A DNA stretch of 64,000 nt from Octopus bimaculoides (lineage: Eukaryota): contig NC_069005.1 in assembly GCF_001194135.2 (NCBI RefSeq), forward strand, positions 8,497,804 to 8,561,803, in the 5' to 3' direction. Below the pieces are notes generated by a model that saw only the letters and a program-made list of their open reading frames with translations, searched no databases and was not told the DNA's origin. Every line of letters begins with the position of its first letter. Position 1 is the stretch's first letter. Positions 34,550-49,035 of the stretch are shown piece by piece. Both the position numbers and the translations under genes were made by a program.

Positions 34550-37500
34550 CATGCACACATACACATGTATACAACACACACATATATGTATGTATGTACT
34601 ATGCATGTATGTATGTGTGTTCTTTCTGAGATTACATGGCAGAAAGAATATATAATCATTGGAGAATATCATCAAAGAATTATGTATCTTTTTCTATATT
34701 TTTTTCATTCTTTGGTTCTTTTGTAGGACCTTTATATACTACATACTATATCATCATCATCATCATCATTTTTATTTATTTTTTTGTTATATTATTACAC
34801 ATTCTGTTCTTCTGTGTCTTCTATCTTCTTTGCTCTGTAACCACTGCCTTTACTGAGTGTGGTTTTTTTTTGTCTTTTTCTTTTTTTTTCTTCTCCTTTC
34901 CATGTAAGCAGCAAAAGACTTGTATTTATGAAGAATGGTTGGAAACAATTGAGTAATGCAGCGTAATGAGTGCAGAAAATCTTTCTCACTCTCCGTATAC
35001 AAAAGGTCAGATTCCAGTATATTGTATAGTAATAATAATGATCATGATAACAATAATAATGATAATAATAATAATAATAACCATAAAGGAAGACAGCGGT
35101 GTCTATACTTAATATAGTTGGATATATGTGTATTTTGCATGTAACACACGCACACTAGCAGGCAGACAAACATGAGTGTATATGTATATATATTTTTTGT
35201 GTGCAAATCTTTCATGACTATATATGTGTACATTTATATTTATACATACATTTATGCATACAAGTGTGTGTGTAAATAAGCAGATGTGTGTGTATTATAT
35301 ATGTGTGTTTGTATGTCTATGTGTGTATGTATGTCTGTATGTATATTATATATATATATATGTGTGTGTGTATGTGTATGTATATATATATGTATGTATA
35401 TGTCTATATACATGTGTACATGTATGTATATATATGCATATATATGTATGTGCGTGTATATGTGTGTATGTGTATACATACATATGCATATATATGTTTG
35501 TATGTACATATATGCATGTGTGTGTATATCTGTATGCACACGTCTGTGTGTATGTGTGTGTCTATGTAAATTTCTGTGCGTGCATATATGTGATGAAAAT
35601 ATATACCAAGAACATGAATTCTTATTTTCTTATTGTTCCATAATTGGGTGGCATAGAAAATAAAAAAAAAGCAAATATAAATCACAATCATACACAGAGA
35701 CAAAAAAAAAAAACCCATCATAATATTCAACCAATTGTGTGTGTGTGTGTGTGTGTGTGTGCGTGCACACCTGAGTGTGCGTATGCATCTGAGAGAGGGA
35801 GTGACTGAGTGAATGCGTGTTTGTGTGAGAATGTGCATGGCAAGCAACGTTTTACTATATTTAGAGAGCCACTAATTTTCGTGCCTGTCTGTGGTTTTGA
35901 AACACACACACACACACAATAACAACAACCAAATACAAAACAAAAAAACACATTGTATGGTACTGAAGCATGTCTTCTTACAAGAACATACTTTACTTCT
36001 TTTTTTTTTGTTTTTTTCTCCTAAGATGCTGATAGGAAAAGAAGTTGGGTTGTTTAGAGGGTGTTAATCAAACCAGAAAAATTAAAAAAAAAAAGAAAAG
36101 AAAAACAAAAGTACTAAAGGTGAATAAGTTTTAGGTAGATTGTGTGAACCTGTTGAATGAGGTTATTCTGACAATTCTCACTAAACCACCCCATCTTGTG
36201 ATATATTACATTACATAAGTACCTGAGCTGTCTGGTCTTCAATCGGATATAGATGGCAAGGTGTAGCTGACTGGTGTAGATTTTAACAATATATATATAT
36301 ATATATATATATATGCTATTGTATCTCACCAGCTAACCACCATATCTGTATTAGATTCAAGCAGATATACATGTAATGTAAGAGACTGGTGTTGGGCCAT
36401 GTTAGCAAGACTTGTATTATTTAGTAGAATCGATAAAGAGAAAACAAAAACAAAAAGCACAATGAACTTGTCATGGGGAATGGAAAAATCCAACTTTTCA
36501 GACAGATTCCCTCTTCAGGTAACAATTGACAGGAAAAGTAAAATTCTGCTGTCTCTCATTAACTTCTCTCCTGTGAACTGTTCCCAGAAGAAATTGGATT
36601 TTTCACTTCCCACCGCAAATTCACTCCACTCTTTTTATCAGTTTTACTATATATATNNNNNNNNNNTCAGAGATATTTTTGCAAAACTGTCGTATGTGGG
36701 ACTTATTATACTTTTGTAAAATGCTGAACTGTTGTACTACACTTTCACCATTTTCAGATCTTGGAATCTGAAGCAGCTGGAGATACGATAGTTTGACCAA
36801 AAGAACTGGCTATTGCAAGCAGAATGAAATATTGAGAAAAATGCATTTAGTGTTTGTATCCCCATAACTTAGTGGTTTGGCTAACGAGATCAATAGAATA
36901 AGTACCAGGCTTAAAAAAAATAAAAAGTACTGGGGTCAATTTATTCGACTAAACTTCTTCAAGGTGGTGCCCCAGCATGGCCGCAGTCTAATGACTGAAA
37001 CAAGTAAAAAATAAATGAATAAAAGAATAAATATTTTACTCCTTTAGCATTCAGATTACCCTGTCCAATGTAATGTGTGAATCCAATATTCAAGGCACAT
37101 TTGATTCATAACAGTGAAAAATAACTTGAATCCAGCACCAGTCAATATATGTTGCTTTCAATATCCTCTCCTAAGAGTCAAAATAATCGCTGAGATCTAC
37201 ACTGTCCAAGATATTGTAGATATAAAAAAAAAAAAATTTTCCATCTCTGTACATTTATAATTGTGTTTATATNNNNNNNNNNNNNNNNNNNNNNNNNNNN
37301 NNNNNNNNNNNNNNNNNNNNNNNNNNNNNNNNNNNNNNNNNNNNNNNNNNNNNNNNNNNNNNNNNNNNNNNNNNNNNNNNNNNNNNNNNNNNNNNNNNNN
37401 NNNNNNNNNNNNNNNNNNNNNNNNNNNNNNNNNNNNNNNNNNNNNNNNNNNNNNNNNNNNNNNNNNNNNNNNNNNNNNNNNNNNNNNNNNNNNNNNNNNN

Positions 37501-37724
37501 NNNNNNNNNNNNNNNNNNNNNNNNNNNNNNNNNNNNNNNNNNNNNNNNNNNNNNNNNNNNNNNNNNNNNNNNNNNNNNNNNNNNNNNNNNNNNNNNNNNN
37601 NNNNNNNNNNNNNNNNNNNNNNNNNNNNNNNNNNNNNNNNNNNNNNNNNNNNNNNNNNNNNNNNNNNNNNNNNNNNNNNNNNNNNNNNNNTATATATATA
37701 TATATATATATACATACATATATA

Positions 37725-37940
37725 CAAAGGAGTGCTGAAAAGTTCCTGGTTTTAATGGTATTGCGAAAAGCCTGGTTGGAGGCCCAACTTCTGAGTTCTT
37801 TTACAGGGCTTAGAAAAACTTAGGACTACTGCAATAAGTATGTGAATCTGAGAGGGGAGTATGTTGAGTAAAATCATCATTAACTGATCCTCCTGTATTT
37901 TCTTTTACCCAAAGCCAGGAACTTTTCAGCACCCACCTTG
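37725..37940 (+). mobile_element. Second mariner-derived MITE with a different TIR
   Basis: Left TA|CAAAGGAGTGCTGAAAAGTTCCTGGTTTT and right AAAGCCAGGAACTTTTCAGCACCCACCTTG are inverted repeats. The interior encodes a frameshifted mariner C-terminus (GLEKL..DYCNKYVNLRGEYVE*). Confidence 0.88.
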
Positions 37941-39038
37941 AATATATGATAATCTGAAGACTGTTACGTGGCTAAGTCAAGTGAATATAATATCTGATTT
38001 CTTTGTAAATTCCAATGTTGTCTTTGAGTGAATGAGTACTATTTGATGAATAACAGATACAAAGGAAAATTAGATGTAACATAATCAGAAAATTTCACTA
38101 ATTGGGAATCAAATGTGTAAATATTTAATAATAAGCCAAAAACTGCCTGGAAGGCAGCATTCCTGCTAATGCAGAAAATGAATAGACATATTTTAATGTG
38201 TGCATATTATTCCTTGGATTTTTTCCTTAAATACAATTATAGTTTTTTTTTTATACCTATTTTCAAGGATGTGTATATTCTTTTTGTAGAGCAATTTCAT
38301 TTACCATCTAATTTCAGTCCATCTGTCACCAATGATTCTATCACTGATATTTTGAGCTGAATTGATTTCCAAGTTTGTTTTACACTGTATGACATCTAGA
38401 AGATTCGCTGAATGATGAGCTTGTAAAACGTTCTTATTTGATATATTAGCATGAATTTAGAGACACCATAATGCAGAAAATTATTTTTATAACCATATCC
38501 TGTGAATGTTGTTCGACTTATTTTGTATTGCAGCGTTCGTATATTTCATAGTTTGTATCAAGCCGAGCAAAATCGCAGTCGTAGCAGATATTGGTGTCAC
38601 ACAAATAGCAACCATGCCGGTGGCATGTAAAAGCACCCATTACACTCTCAAAGTGGTTGGTGTTAGGAAGGGCATCCAGCCATAGAAAACTATGCCAAAT
38701 CAAACTGGAGTCTGGTGCAGCCTTCCAGAATGTAAAGAACTAGAAGAAATGCTGCTAAGCATTTTATCCAGGCATGGTAATGATTCTACTAACAACAACA
38801 ACAATAATAATGATTTCTGCAATAGGCACAATGCCAGAAATTTGCGGGGAGGGGTTAGCTGATTACAACAACCCCAGCATTCATCAACTCCGAAAGAAAT
38901 AAGGACGAAGTGCAGAGTCAGCCTCGGCAGAGTGAATATTAATAATAATAGTAATTAATATTATAATAGTGTGGATTTGGTAGACGGAGACTGTGTGGTT
39001 GCCCATTGTGCATGTGCATGCACACACATACACACACA

Positions 39039-39076
<38 letters not shown>

Positions 39077-40609
39077 AAATTGTGCATTTTACATAATAGT
39101 TTATGGCTACTAGTACTACCCAGTGCTCTACAGACTGATGTTAGGGTAGGAACAACTGTGATATGGTCTGGTTTCTAACAGCAGATCCAGTCACCACTTA
39201 AAGAAGCCTACATTGGCTCATGAGGGTGTTTTAGTTAGGGACAGCAGTTCAAACCTATGAAGAGGCATGTAGATTAAGGTTAGGTTAGGCTAAGCTGGGC
39301 TAGCCTAAGTCAAGAATCAGATGGTCACATTAAAACCACTACGGCTCTGCTACTACATCTCACTATTAAAGTAAGGAAGAAAAGGAAAGGAGGAGGAGAG
39401 GGAGGGAGGAAGGGAGGGGAGAGGGGATGGGTGTAAGACACTCGTTACACTGAACTTAAGAATGAGAGGAAATGAGGTGAGATTGATGAATGTGGAAATA
39501 TGATCCTCAAAGACAAATATGGATGGACAAAAGTGGATAGGTCGGACTCCATTAGTATTATTATTATTTTTACTTTGTATCAATATTAGTATTATTATTA
39601 ATGTTATTATTGTTATTAGCATCGTAATTATCTTCATCATCATTATCAACATCATCATTATCTTCATCATTGAGCAGTGGGTTTGTGCAAATGAAATTGG
39701 TGGCGAAAACTGGTGTGGTTGTGTGAGCGAGGGAAAAGGTGAAGTGAACATTTGCAAATCATACAATATCAAAAGCTGAGCAAATAAAATTTGCCACGTC
39801 AACTGGAGAAATATTGTAGAGCTATTTAAAACGAAGATGGATATTAACAGGGAATCTTATCTAATTAAAAGCTGGATTAAATGAAACGAAACGAAGTGGA
39901 AGGAAATGAAAGCTGCCTTCAGTGAATCATAATGAACAAGACGAATAGATGAGTATGGATAGATAATCTGGCTATTGATTTTGATAGATAGATTAATTTT
40001 GATAGCTTTTTAACTGAAAGCCATAGTCAAAGCTGATGCTAGGAAACGATGCTCTGTTCAGTTCAGCTCTCCCACTCTCTTTCTCTCTCTCTCTCTCTCT
40101 TTTTCTTAGTCTCTTGCACATTGATGGCTGTTATGACATAAAGGACACAAGCGTGGTCATGTGCTTAAGAAGATTACTTTGCTAGTGTGAGGTCTGAGGC
40201 TCAATCCCACACCTTGCACAATCAATCATTTGATAGTCGTTTTCTATTATAGCCATGAGTAAGTAGAACAAGGTCCTTGTGGGTGAAATTTGGTGAATGA
40301 AAACTGTATGGAATCTTGTTGGTTGGTAGACGTAATCTATTGGTTGGTTTAGCATCATCACTTTTACTCTTGGGTGCTTTTAGTGGTATCCACACCTCCT
40401 TTCAATCCCCCCTGTTATGGTATTCCTGATAAGGGTCAAGAACTCTACCTTTCCTTTCTTCGGTAGCTTGTTAGCTAAAATGGTGAGGAAACAGGAGAGG
40501 GGCAGTGACAAAAATGGTTATCCACCCATAGAAAATCTGCCTCAACAAATTCTGTCCAACTTATGCAAACTTGGAAAAGTGGACATTAAATGATGAGGAT
40601 TCATTATAA

Positions 40610-41015
40610 GTGCAGGAGTGGCTATGTGGTAAGTAGCTTGCTTACCAACCACATGGTTCTGGGTTCAGTCCCACTGTGTGGCACCTTGGGCAAGTGTCTT
40701 CTACTATAGCCTTGGGCTGACCAAAGTCTTGTGAGTGGATTTGGTAGATAGAAACTGAAAAGAAGCCCGTTGCATATATGTATATGTATATATATATGTG
40801 TGTGTGTTTGCGTGCCTGTGTTTGTCCCCCCAACATCGCTTGACAACTGATGCTGGTGTGTTTACGTCCCTGTAAATGGTTCGGCAAAAGAGACTGATAG
40901 AATAAGTACTAGGCTTACAAAGAGTAAGTCCTGGGGGCGATTTGTTCGACTAAAGGCGGAGCTCCAGCATGGCCGCAGTCAAATGACTGAAACAAGTAAA
41001 AGAGAGTAAAAGAGT
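40610..41015 (+). mobile_element. tRNA-derived SINE family A, best-preserved full-length copy
   Basis: A-box TGGCTATGTGG, B-box GGTTCAGTCCC, body GCACCTTGGGCAAGTGTCTTCTACTATAGC, internal (TA/TG)n, and tail CAGCATGGCCGCAGTCAAATGACTGAAACAAGTAAAAGAG. More than 15 copies in the window. Confidence 0.9.
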
Positions 41016-41330
41016 AGGTAGTAATTACACACATCTGCTCATGAGATGTGCTACTAAGTAGTACTCCCTTACGAAGTGATGGCTGTAGTTTTATACACCT
41101 ACACATGTTGGTGACATGAATAAACACCCAGTACACACTGTAAAGTGGTTGATGTTGGGAAGGGCATCCAGCCACAGAAACCATGTCAAAACAGACACCG
41201 GAGCATGATGAATCCTTGAGTCCATGGGATCCTGTCAAACCATCCAACCCATACCAGCATTGATGATGGATATTGAATGATGATAACTATGGTGACGGTG
41301 ATGATTAACACATTCACAAGATCATAAACA

Positions 41331-41392
<62 letters not shown>

Positions 41393-41874
41393 CATCTGTA
41401 TGTGTGTCTAGGTTGTTGTAAGTGCACTTGCACTCTATCTCAGTTGTTGATGCTCAGTATGGTGCATCATGCCTCTGGAGTGTGCAGATGTATGTGTATT
41501 TGTGCATACATTTGTGTGTGTGTATACATATATATGTGTGTGTGTGTAAATTTCTAAAAGTGGATGCACATGCACAAGTAGTGTATGTGTATTGTTGATG
41601 AATAAAAGAGAGAGGATATGAATTTGCAATGAAATTTTGTTGTGTGTGTGTATGCTTTTATGTGTGTATGCTTTTTTGTTGTCTGTGTATGTCATAGATA
41701 GATGGATGAAGGCAGAGAGAGAGAGAGAGAAAGAGAGAGTGAGAGAGAAAGGAAGAAAGAGACTGGGTTGTTTTTATTATGTAATATGTCATAGATGTAT
41801 AATTCTGTATGCGTATGTATCCAGTGTGCATCTGTATGTGGATATGAAAACACCCTTCATTTGTGTGTGTGTGT

Positions 41875-41905
<31 letters not shown>

Positions 41906-42139
41906 CATGCATGCAAATGGAGAGTTTTACTGTTGGCATGCGTCTTCACTTATTGTGATCCAAACAGCCTTCTAGCCTTCTGTTTTGTTGCTCTTAAAAC
42001 TCTTCAAGCTCTAAAAACATATAGAGCACTCTAAACACAAAGAAAGAAAGATGATGATGATGATGATGATGCTTCTCCACTTCATCTTATTGTCAACATC
42101 TTTTCATCATTTATGTATCCCATCAACACTTCATCTTTT

Positions 42140-42200
42140 TCTTCTTCTTCTTCTTCTTCTTCTTCTTCTTCTTCTTCTTCTTCTTCTTCTTCTTCTTCGT
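42140..42200. repeat. (CTT)n microsatellite
   Basis: About 19 perfect CTT units. Confidence 0.97.
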
Positions 42201-42299
42201 CGTAGCCATCATCATCATCATTCCTCTTCAGGAACAATTTAAAACCCTCCACATTTAAAATAAAAAAACAAATTTAGATATTTTAGTTTTGATTTGGTT

Positions 42300-42332
42300 T
42301 TTTTGGTTTAGTTTTTGTGTGTTCATGTATGA

Positions 42333-42369
<37 letters not shown>

Positions 42370-42479
42370 AGCACACGTACATTCAATTATGTTTGTGTGT
42401 ATATACACACATAGATATATATATGCACAGACATACATGCACATACTCATGCGTATGTGTATATGCATACATACACATG

Positions 42480-42524
<45 letters not shown>

Positions 42525-42570
42525 ATATATATATATGTATGTATCTATATATATATATAATATAATATAA

Positions 42571-42623
<53 letters not shown>

Positions 42624-42685
42624 TATATGTATATATATATATACATATATATATGCACACACACACACACACATGCACACATATA

Positions 42686-42716
<31 letters not shown>

Positions 42717-42845
42717 GCATACACACAGGTACACATACAAGCATGTTTGGATGTACAAATAGGAGAAAGGGTACTCTACATATGTAACACGCACACACAC
42801 ACACGCACTCACTCACACAGACACACACACAAACACACACGTTAA
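42300..42845. repeat. Compound (TA)/(CA)/(TACA) microsatellite field
   Basis: Representative of many such fields, e.g. 840-941, 7860-8040, 14585-15500, 17530-17830, 27280-27750, 35220-35590, 57965-58260 and 58660-59400. Confidence 0.95.
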
Positions 42846-43038
42846 TAGAAAATTGCTATTTTACTACTTAAAGATATATTCTAAATATACTTACAATATT
42901 TTTTTTCATTTCCTTTTCATACATCATGTTAATTCTTCAAACAAAAGATAAGCTGATCTGTTTTGAAATAAAACTTGTTTTGTGATTATTATTAATATTT
43001 CTGTTTTATAATTATTTCTTATTTTGATATACGTGTGT

Positions 43039-43075
<37 letters not shown>

Positions 43076-43477
43076 NNNNNNNNNNNNNNNNNNNNNNNNN
43101 NNNNNNNNNNNNNNNNNNNNNNNNNNNNNNNNNNNNNNNNNNNNNNNNNNNNNNNNNNNNNNNNNNNNNNNNNNNNNNNNNNNNNNNNNNNNNNNNNNNN
43201 NNNNNNNNNNNNNNNNNNNNNNNNNNNNNNNNNNNNNNNNNNNNNNNNNNNNNNNNNNNNNNNNNNNNNNNNNNNNNNNNNNNNNNNNNNNNNNNNNNNN
43301 NNNNNNNNNNNNNNNNNNNNNNNNNNNNNNNNNNNNNNNNNNNNNNNNNNNNNNNNNNNNNNNNNNNNNNNNNNNNNNNNNNNNNNNNNNNNNNNNNNNN
43401 NNNNNNNNNNNNNNNNCTTTGAATATTTGAAAAAATTTCAGTCACAATAATGAAAAAAAAAAAAGAAAAACGCTGTT

Positions 43478-43622
43478 TCCTTTCTTTCTTTCTTCTTTTC
43501 TTTCTTTCTTCTTTTCTTTCTTTCTTCTTTTCTTTCTTTCTTCTTTTCTTTCTTTCTTCCTTTCTTCCTTTCTTCCTTTCTTTCTTGTTTCCTTTCTTTC
43601 TTGTTTTCTTTCTTTCTTCTTA
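43478..43622. repeat. (TTTC)n degenerate microsatellite
   Basis: TTTC/TTCC units with an internal higher-order repeat. Confidence 0.9.
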
Positions 43623-43908
43623 TTGTTTTGTTAATATTATGAGTTTCTTAGTTTAATTATATTATATAGCAAAAAAATAAACCCATTTGAAAAAAAACCT
43701 ATGCTTTGTATGTATGTGTATGTATGTATTATATGACTATATATATACGTGTGTATATATATTTGTATGCACACACACACATTTCTTCCTTCTACATTAC
43801 TGCTAGCTCTTTTCTCAATTGTTCCTTTATACATCTTAAGTTACATTCTAGTATATTATGATTATTATTATGATTTTCTGCACACATACACTAACGTGTG
43901 TGTGTGAC

Positions 43909-43967
<59 letters not shown>

Positions 43968-44195
43968 GTGCATATATATATATATATATACCCATATATA
44001 CATCTGTGTGTGTGTATTATTGTAATTGGTAGATGTAGTAATAGTAGTGTTAATAGAAGTAGTCAGCAATTGAAGTACTCAAAAGAAATGCTACTCTGAC
44101 AATGAGCATGTCTATATGGCACGTGCTTAATCTTTTATTGGATGGATGTACTGAGTGGAATAAGGCACGGAGGAGAGGTTGCAAGGATGGTATGA

Positions 44196-44229
<34 letters not shown>

Positions 44230-46845
44230 CGTGATGGTGGGGAAGGTGGACAAGAATGAACATTCTTTGAAATACTTTAGAAGGCACTTGAAACCAATTG
44301 ATCTTTTTATTACTAGTATTGGGTCATCATTATCACCGTCATCATTATCATTAACACTATCGCCACCACCACCACCACCACCGACATCACCACCGTCTTC
44401 GTCGTCATTATCGTCGCCATCATCCTTGTGCCCACCCCATCTTCAATATCACCGTCGTCTTCATCACCTTCATGATTATCATCTCAGTTATTATAAAGAT
44501 TATTATTAATTTTTTTTTCCTTATTCTTTTCCATTACTTAATTTCTATATTTATAGTATCTCTCTCTCCCTCTCTCTCACTTTCTCCAACTACATATCTA
44601 TCTGTCTGTCTATTTCTATGTATGTATGTATGTACGTATGTATGTATGTATGTATGTATGTATGTATGTGTATCTATCAGTCTGTCTGTCTGTATGTGAA
44701 ATTCATATCCATCTCTCTAGGTGTATGTCTGTGTGATTTAATCATAAATAATGTATATGCATGTGTGTATATAAGCGTGTGATTTATACTCATTATATGT
44801 GTTGATGTGTCATGGTCATCACCATTGCTTCTATGTTCCCTTTTTATCATCATGACATGTGCTACTTAGCTTATTGGTGTGATGATAAGGGGATAGTATG
44901 GAAGTAGGAGGTTGTCAAAGGACAGACATAGAGTGAGAGATAGTAGGAGAAGTAAAATGAATGTGAGTGGAAGGATGAGGTGTTTATCNNNNNNNNNNNN
45001 NNNNNNNNNNNNNNNNNNNNNNNNNNNNNNNNNNNNNNNNNNNNNNNNNNNNNNNNNNNNNNNNNNNNNNNNNNNNNNNNNNNNNNNNNNNNNNNNNNNN
45101 NNNNNNNNNNNNNNNNNNNNNNNNNNNNNNNNNNNNNNNNNNNNNNNNNNNNNNNNNNNNNNNNNNNNNNNNNNNNNNNNNNNNNNNNNNNNNNNNNNNN
45201 NNNNNNNNNNNNNNNNNNNNNNNNNNNNNNNNNNNNNNNNNNNNNNNNNNNNNNNNNNNNNNNNNNNNNNNNNNNNNNNNNNNNNNNNNNNNNNNNNNNN
45301 NNNNNNNNNNNNNNNATATATATATAATTAGTTAATCAATGCAGTATATATTTTTATGAGCTACTAATAGTTTCATGTGATGAAAACAGCTCTGACAGCA
45401 TTTTATAACATGTCAGGTACTTTCACACGATCCTCAAGCTCTGCCCACATGGTATAACATGCTAAAACAGAACAATAAAATAAGAGAAAATATGAGAAAA
45501 GGCAAGAAGGAAGTAGATGTAATATATACACAACAGGCTTCTTCTTGTCTACCAAATCCACTCACAAGACATTGGTCAGTCTGAAGCTACAATACAAAAC
45601 ATTTACCCAAGTTGTCATGCAGTGGGACTGAACTTGGAACCATGTGTTTTTGAGAACCAAACTTCTTATCTCACAGCTACGCTTGTGCATAAATTTATTA
45701 TAACTCAAAGCCTTCATTTCTTTTGTAACATTTGACTTGCCATATCAATAGTATTGACTATCACTTTCCCCTCAAAATTGCTAGGAACAGTTATTTTAAA
45801 GCAGTTTTAAGTGTAACAACCGAACAATTGAACATTTATTAATGTAGAAAATCAATATGAAAAGTAGAGTGGAGTTTATTATTAAAATTCATATCGGTTG
45901 GGACTTAGTGTCTTGCCTAATGGCTTATTCAACCAGTGAGGAGCAGTTTTCCTTTTGATGTTGATATATATAAAAAAAAGAAAAATATGAAAAAGCTTCA
46001 ATATTAAAAGGGTGTGTTGAGGTAGTGAACTATAGTTGTTAGAATTATAAATGAAAAGATTTTGTACTATTTAGGAACAAAAATCTGATGAATGAGTCAA
46101 AAGGTCAGATAAAGAAGTTCAAACAATAGTTAAGGGATGTAGATTTGATGGAGAGGCAAAATAAAAAATAAAGAAAGAAAAATTGAGGAAAATTTGATGT
46201 AGTAAAAGAATATTAGAGGTGGAGGAAGGCTGGAGAATGCTCAAGTAAGAAATAAGAATGCATCAGGTATTGTTTCTATTGGAAATATATATATATATNN
46301 NNNNNNNNNNNNNNNNNNNNNNNNNNNNNNNNNNNNNNNNNNNNNNNNNNNNNNNNNNNNNNNNNNNNNNNNNNNNNNNNNNNNNNNNNNNNNNNNNNNN
46401 NNNNNNNNNNNNNNNNNNNNNNNNNNNNNNNNNNNNNNNNNNNNNNNNNNNNNNNNNNNNNNNNNNNNNNNNNNNNNNNNNNNNNNNNNNNNNNNNNNNN
46501 NNNNNNNNNNNNNNNNNNNNNNNNNNNNNNNNNNNNNNNNNNNNNNNNNNNNNNNNNNNNNNNNNNNNNNNNNNNNNNNNNNNNNNNNNNNNNNNNNNNN
46601 NNNNNNNNNNNNNNNNNNNNNNNNNNNNNNNNNNNNNNNNNNNNNNNNNNNNNNNNNNNNNNNNNNNNNNNNNNNNNNNNNNNNNNNNNNATATTATGTT
46701 ATATTATATTATGTTATATTATATGATACACATGTAGAGCTTGAAACACGTGTACCGCGGAATCCTTTGTAGTTTTGTTGTTATTTTTTTCTTTGGGATT
46801 TACAATTTATATATATATATATATATATATATGAGTGTGTGTGTG

Positions 46846-46890
<45 letters not shown>

Positions 46891-47482
46891 CTTTGCATCT
46901 GTCCCCGCCACCACTGCTTGGCAACCAGTGTTGGTGTGTTTTTGTCCCTGTGACATAACTTCCAACTGCCACCTCCGATCATCTTGTTGTCTCCTTCATA
47001 TACTTCTTTCTTTCATCCAAGTTTTTCTTCTCTCTTCTACCCACTCTATTAGTTACACTGCCCTGCATGTGAACAGTGATAATTTAGGAGACAGAGTCCC
47101 TTTTTTTATTTTGCAAGGCACATGACACTAGCATTAGAACTACTGCTGGAACTGAGTGCAACCAATTCACTCTGTAACGTGTTTGGCAAAGGAGTGGAGA
47201 CAGAGTAGGGTTGAGAGAACTTATTGGGTATATGATATCTGCTCTGGTGCTGGGACCAGTAAACTCTGTCGAGTAGTTGATGAGAAGTGCACACAATGAT
47301 AGAAACCACACCAAATCCACTTCCGAGGCTTTAGCCAGCCTGAGGCTATAGAAGAAAACATTTGCTCAAGGTACCACATAGTGGGACCGAACACAGAACC
47401 ATGTGTTTGGGAAGCAAGTTTGTTACCACATAGCCACATCTAATAAATTTATTGATGCACTCTCACACACACAGACACACAC

Positions 47483-47527
<45 letters not shown>

Positions 47528-47917
47528 CAGGCATACACACACACATATATACACTCACGCATATGTTTATATATACATATACATATATATATGTTTGTTT
47601 GTATGTATGTATACACATACATAGAGGTAAATATATATGTACATAAATTCATACACATATACACACATATAAATGTGCATGCAGGCATGCGTCTAGTATT
47701 CTTTTGTGAATTTATCTTTGTCAAAAATAGATTACTTCATTCAGGAGTACTAGCATCTTATAAACTGGTTATCTTGATCTCCTGTATAATTCCGCTATAT
47801 TTAGTTTAGTGAAGCAGTAGGAGTTTAGCTGCTGAAACTTGGCAATACACTTTAATTCCTAATTAAAAGACTGGGGAAATTTCGGTTCAATTAATGTGGA
47901 TAAATAAATACAAAACA

Positions 47918-47952
<35 letters not shown>

Positions 47953-48378
47953 GTGAAAGAAAAATGATAAAAGATTATAAAATAAATAAAGCTAATTAGT
48001 CTTGGATCTAAAGGAAATAAACAAAACAAAAAAAAAAAAAAGAAAAGAAAAGAAAGGAAAGGAAGAAACTAAGGAAAAAATATAAAAAAATTATCAGAAA
48101 TACCTCTTCATGTTAAAATCACCAATTTGCATGTCACTGTGTGTGTGGTTTGTGTATGTATGTATGCGTTTGTATTTTTTTTTAAATTTAGAATTTTTGA
48201 GCATTTATTTACATATTTGTTCTTCATCTGATTTAATTCCATTCCATTTCAATAATGCACGGACATTGTTCTAAGAGGAGAGTGCTAACTATATTTTGTC
48301 TCTTAATGGGATGAGCTCGGTGTCAGGGTGGGGTGTTGAATCAAGTTCAGTCCTTTGGAAATACATGCAGCAAAACAC

Positions 48379-48417
<39 letters not shown>

Positions 48418-48631
48418 AGGATAAAGAGGAGGAGGGAGCAAGGTAAAGAGGGGGAGGAAGATATGTTAAACAACCAAGTTTTTAATGATGGGGGCCAGGT
48501 GGGGTTGTAGCCTGGTGGGGGCGGGTGCAAATGAAGGAAAAAGTAAAGAATCATTAAATCTCTTAACGAGTTAGTAACGATGACTTTGCTTTGTATTATT
48601 CTTTGTTAAGTCTTCATATTTATTTCTTTGT

Positions 48632-48930
48632 GAAGGCATGTAGCTTAGTGGTTAGGGGATTCAGCTCATGATCATAAGGTTGTGAGTTCAATACCCAGCA
48701 GCACATTGTATGTCCTTGAGCAAGACACTTTATTTCATGCTGCTCTAGTTCATTCAGCTGACAAAAACGAGTTGTATCTGTAATTAAAAGGACCAACTTT
48801 GTCACATTCTGTGTTGCACTGAATTGCCCTGAGAATTGGAGTACTCAGCCACTTGCATGCTAATTTCATGAGCAAACTGTTCTGTTGATCAAATCAACTG
48901 GAACCCTTATCATAACTAATGGAATGCCGA
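48632..48930 (+). mobile_element. tRNA-derived SINE family C
   Basis: A-box TAGCTTAGTGG, B-box GAGTTCAATACC, central TCCTTGAGCAAGACACTTTATTTC...CATTCAGCTG domain, and 3' GATCAAATCAACTGGAACCC. Confidence 0.87.
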
Positions 48931-49035
48931 TAACTGTAATTCAGTTGGACCTTTGCATTGTGTCATGCTGATTCTGACCAAGGAATACTTCAAAACTTTG
49001 CTTACCAAGCTTATTTGGCACCATACTTATTTCTT

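Noticed and set aside
36470-36610. GGAAAAATCC / GGATTTTTCAC as NF-kB/Rel sites
   Set aside because: Imperfect matches expected by chance in AT-rich DNA.
40610-40690. tRNA-like heads with A and B boxes (families A, B, C)
   Set aside because: No complete cloverleaf or acceptor stem, and each continues into a SINE body; not tRNA genes.
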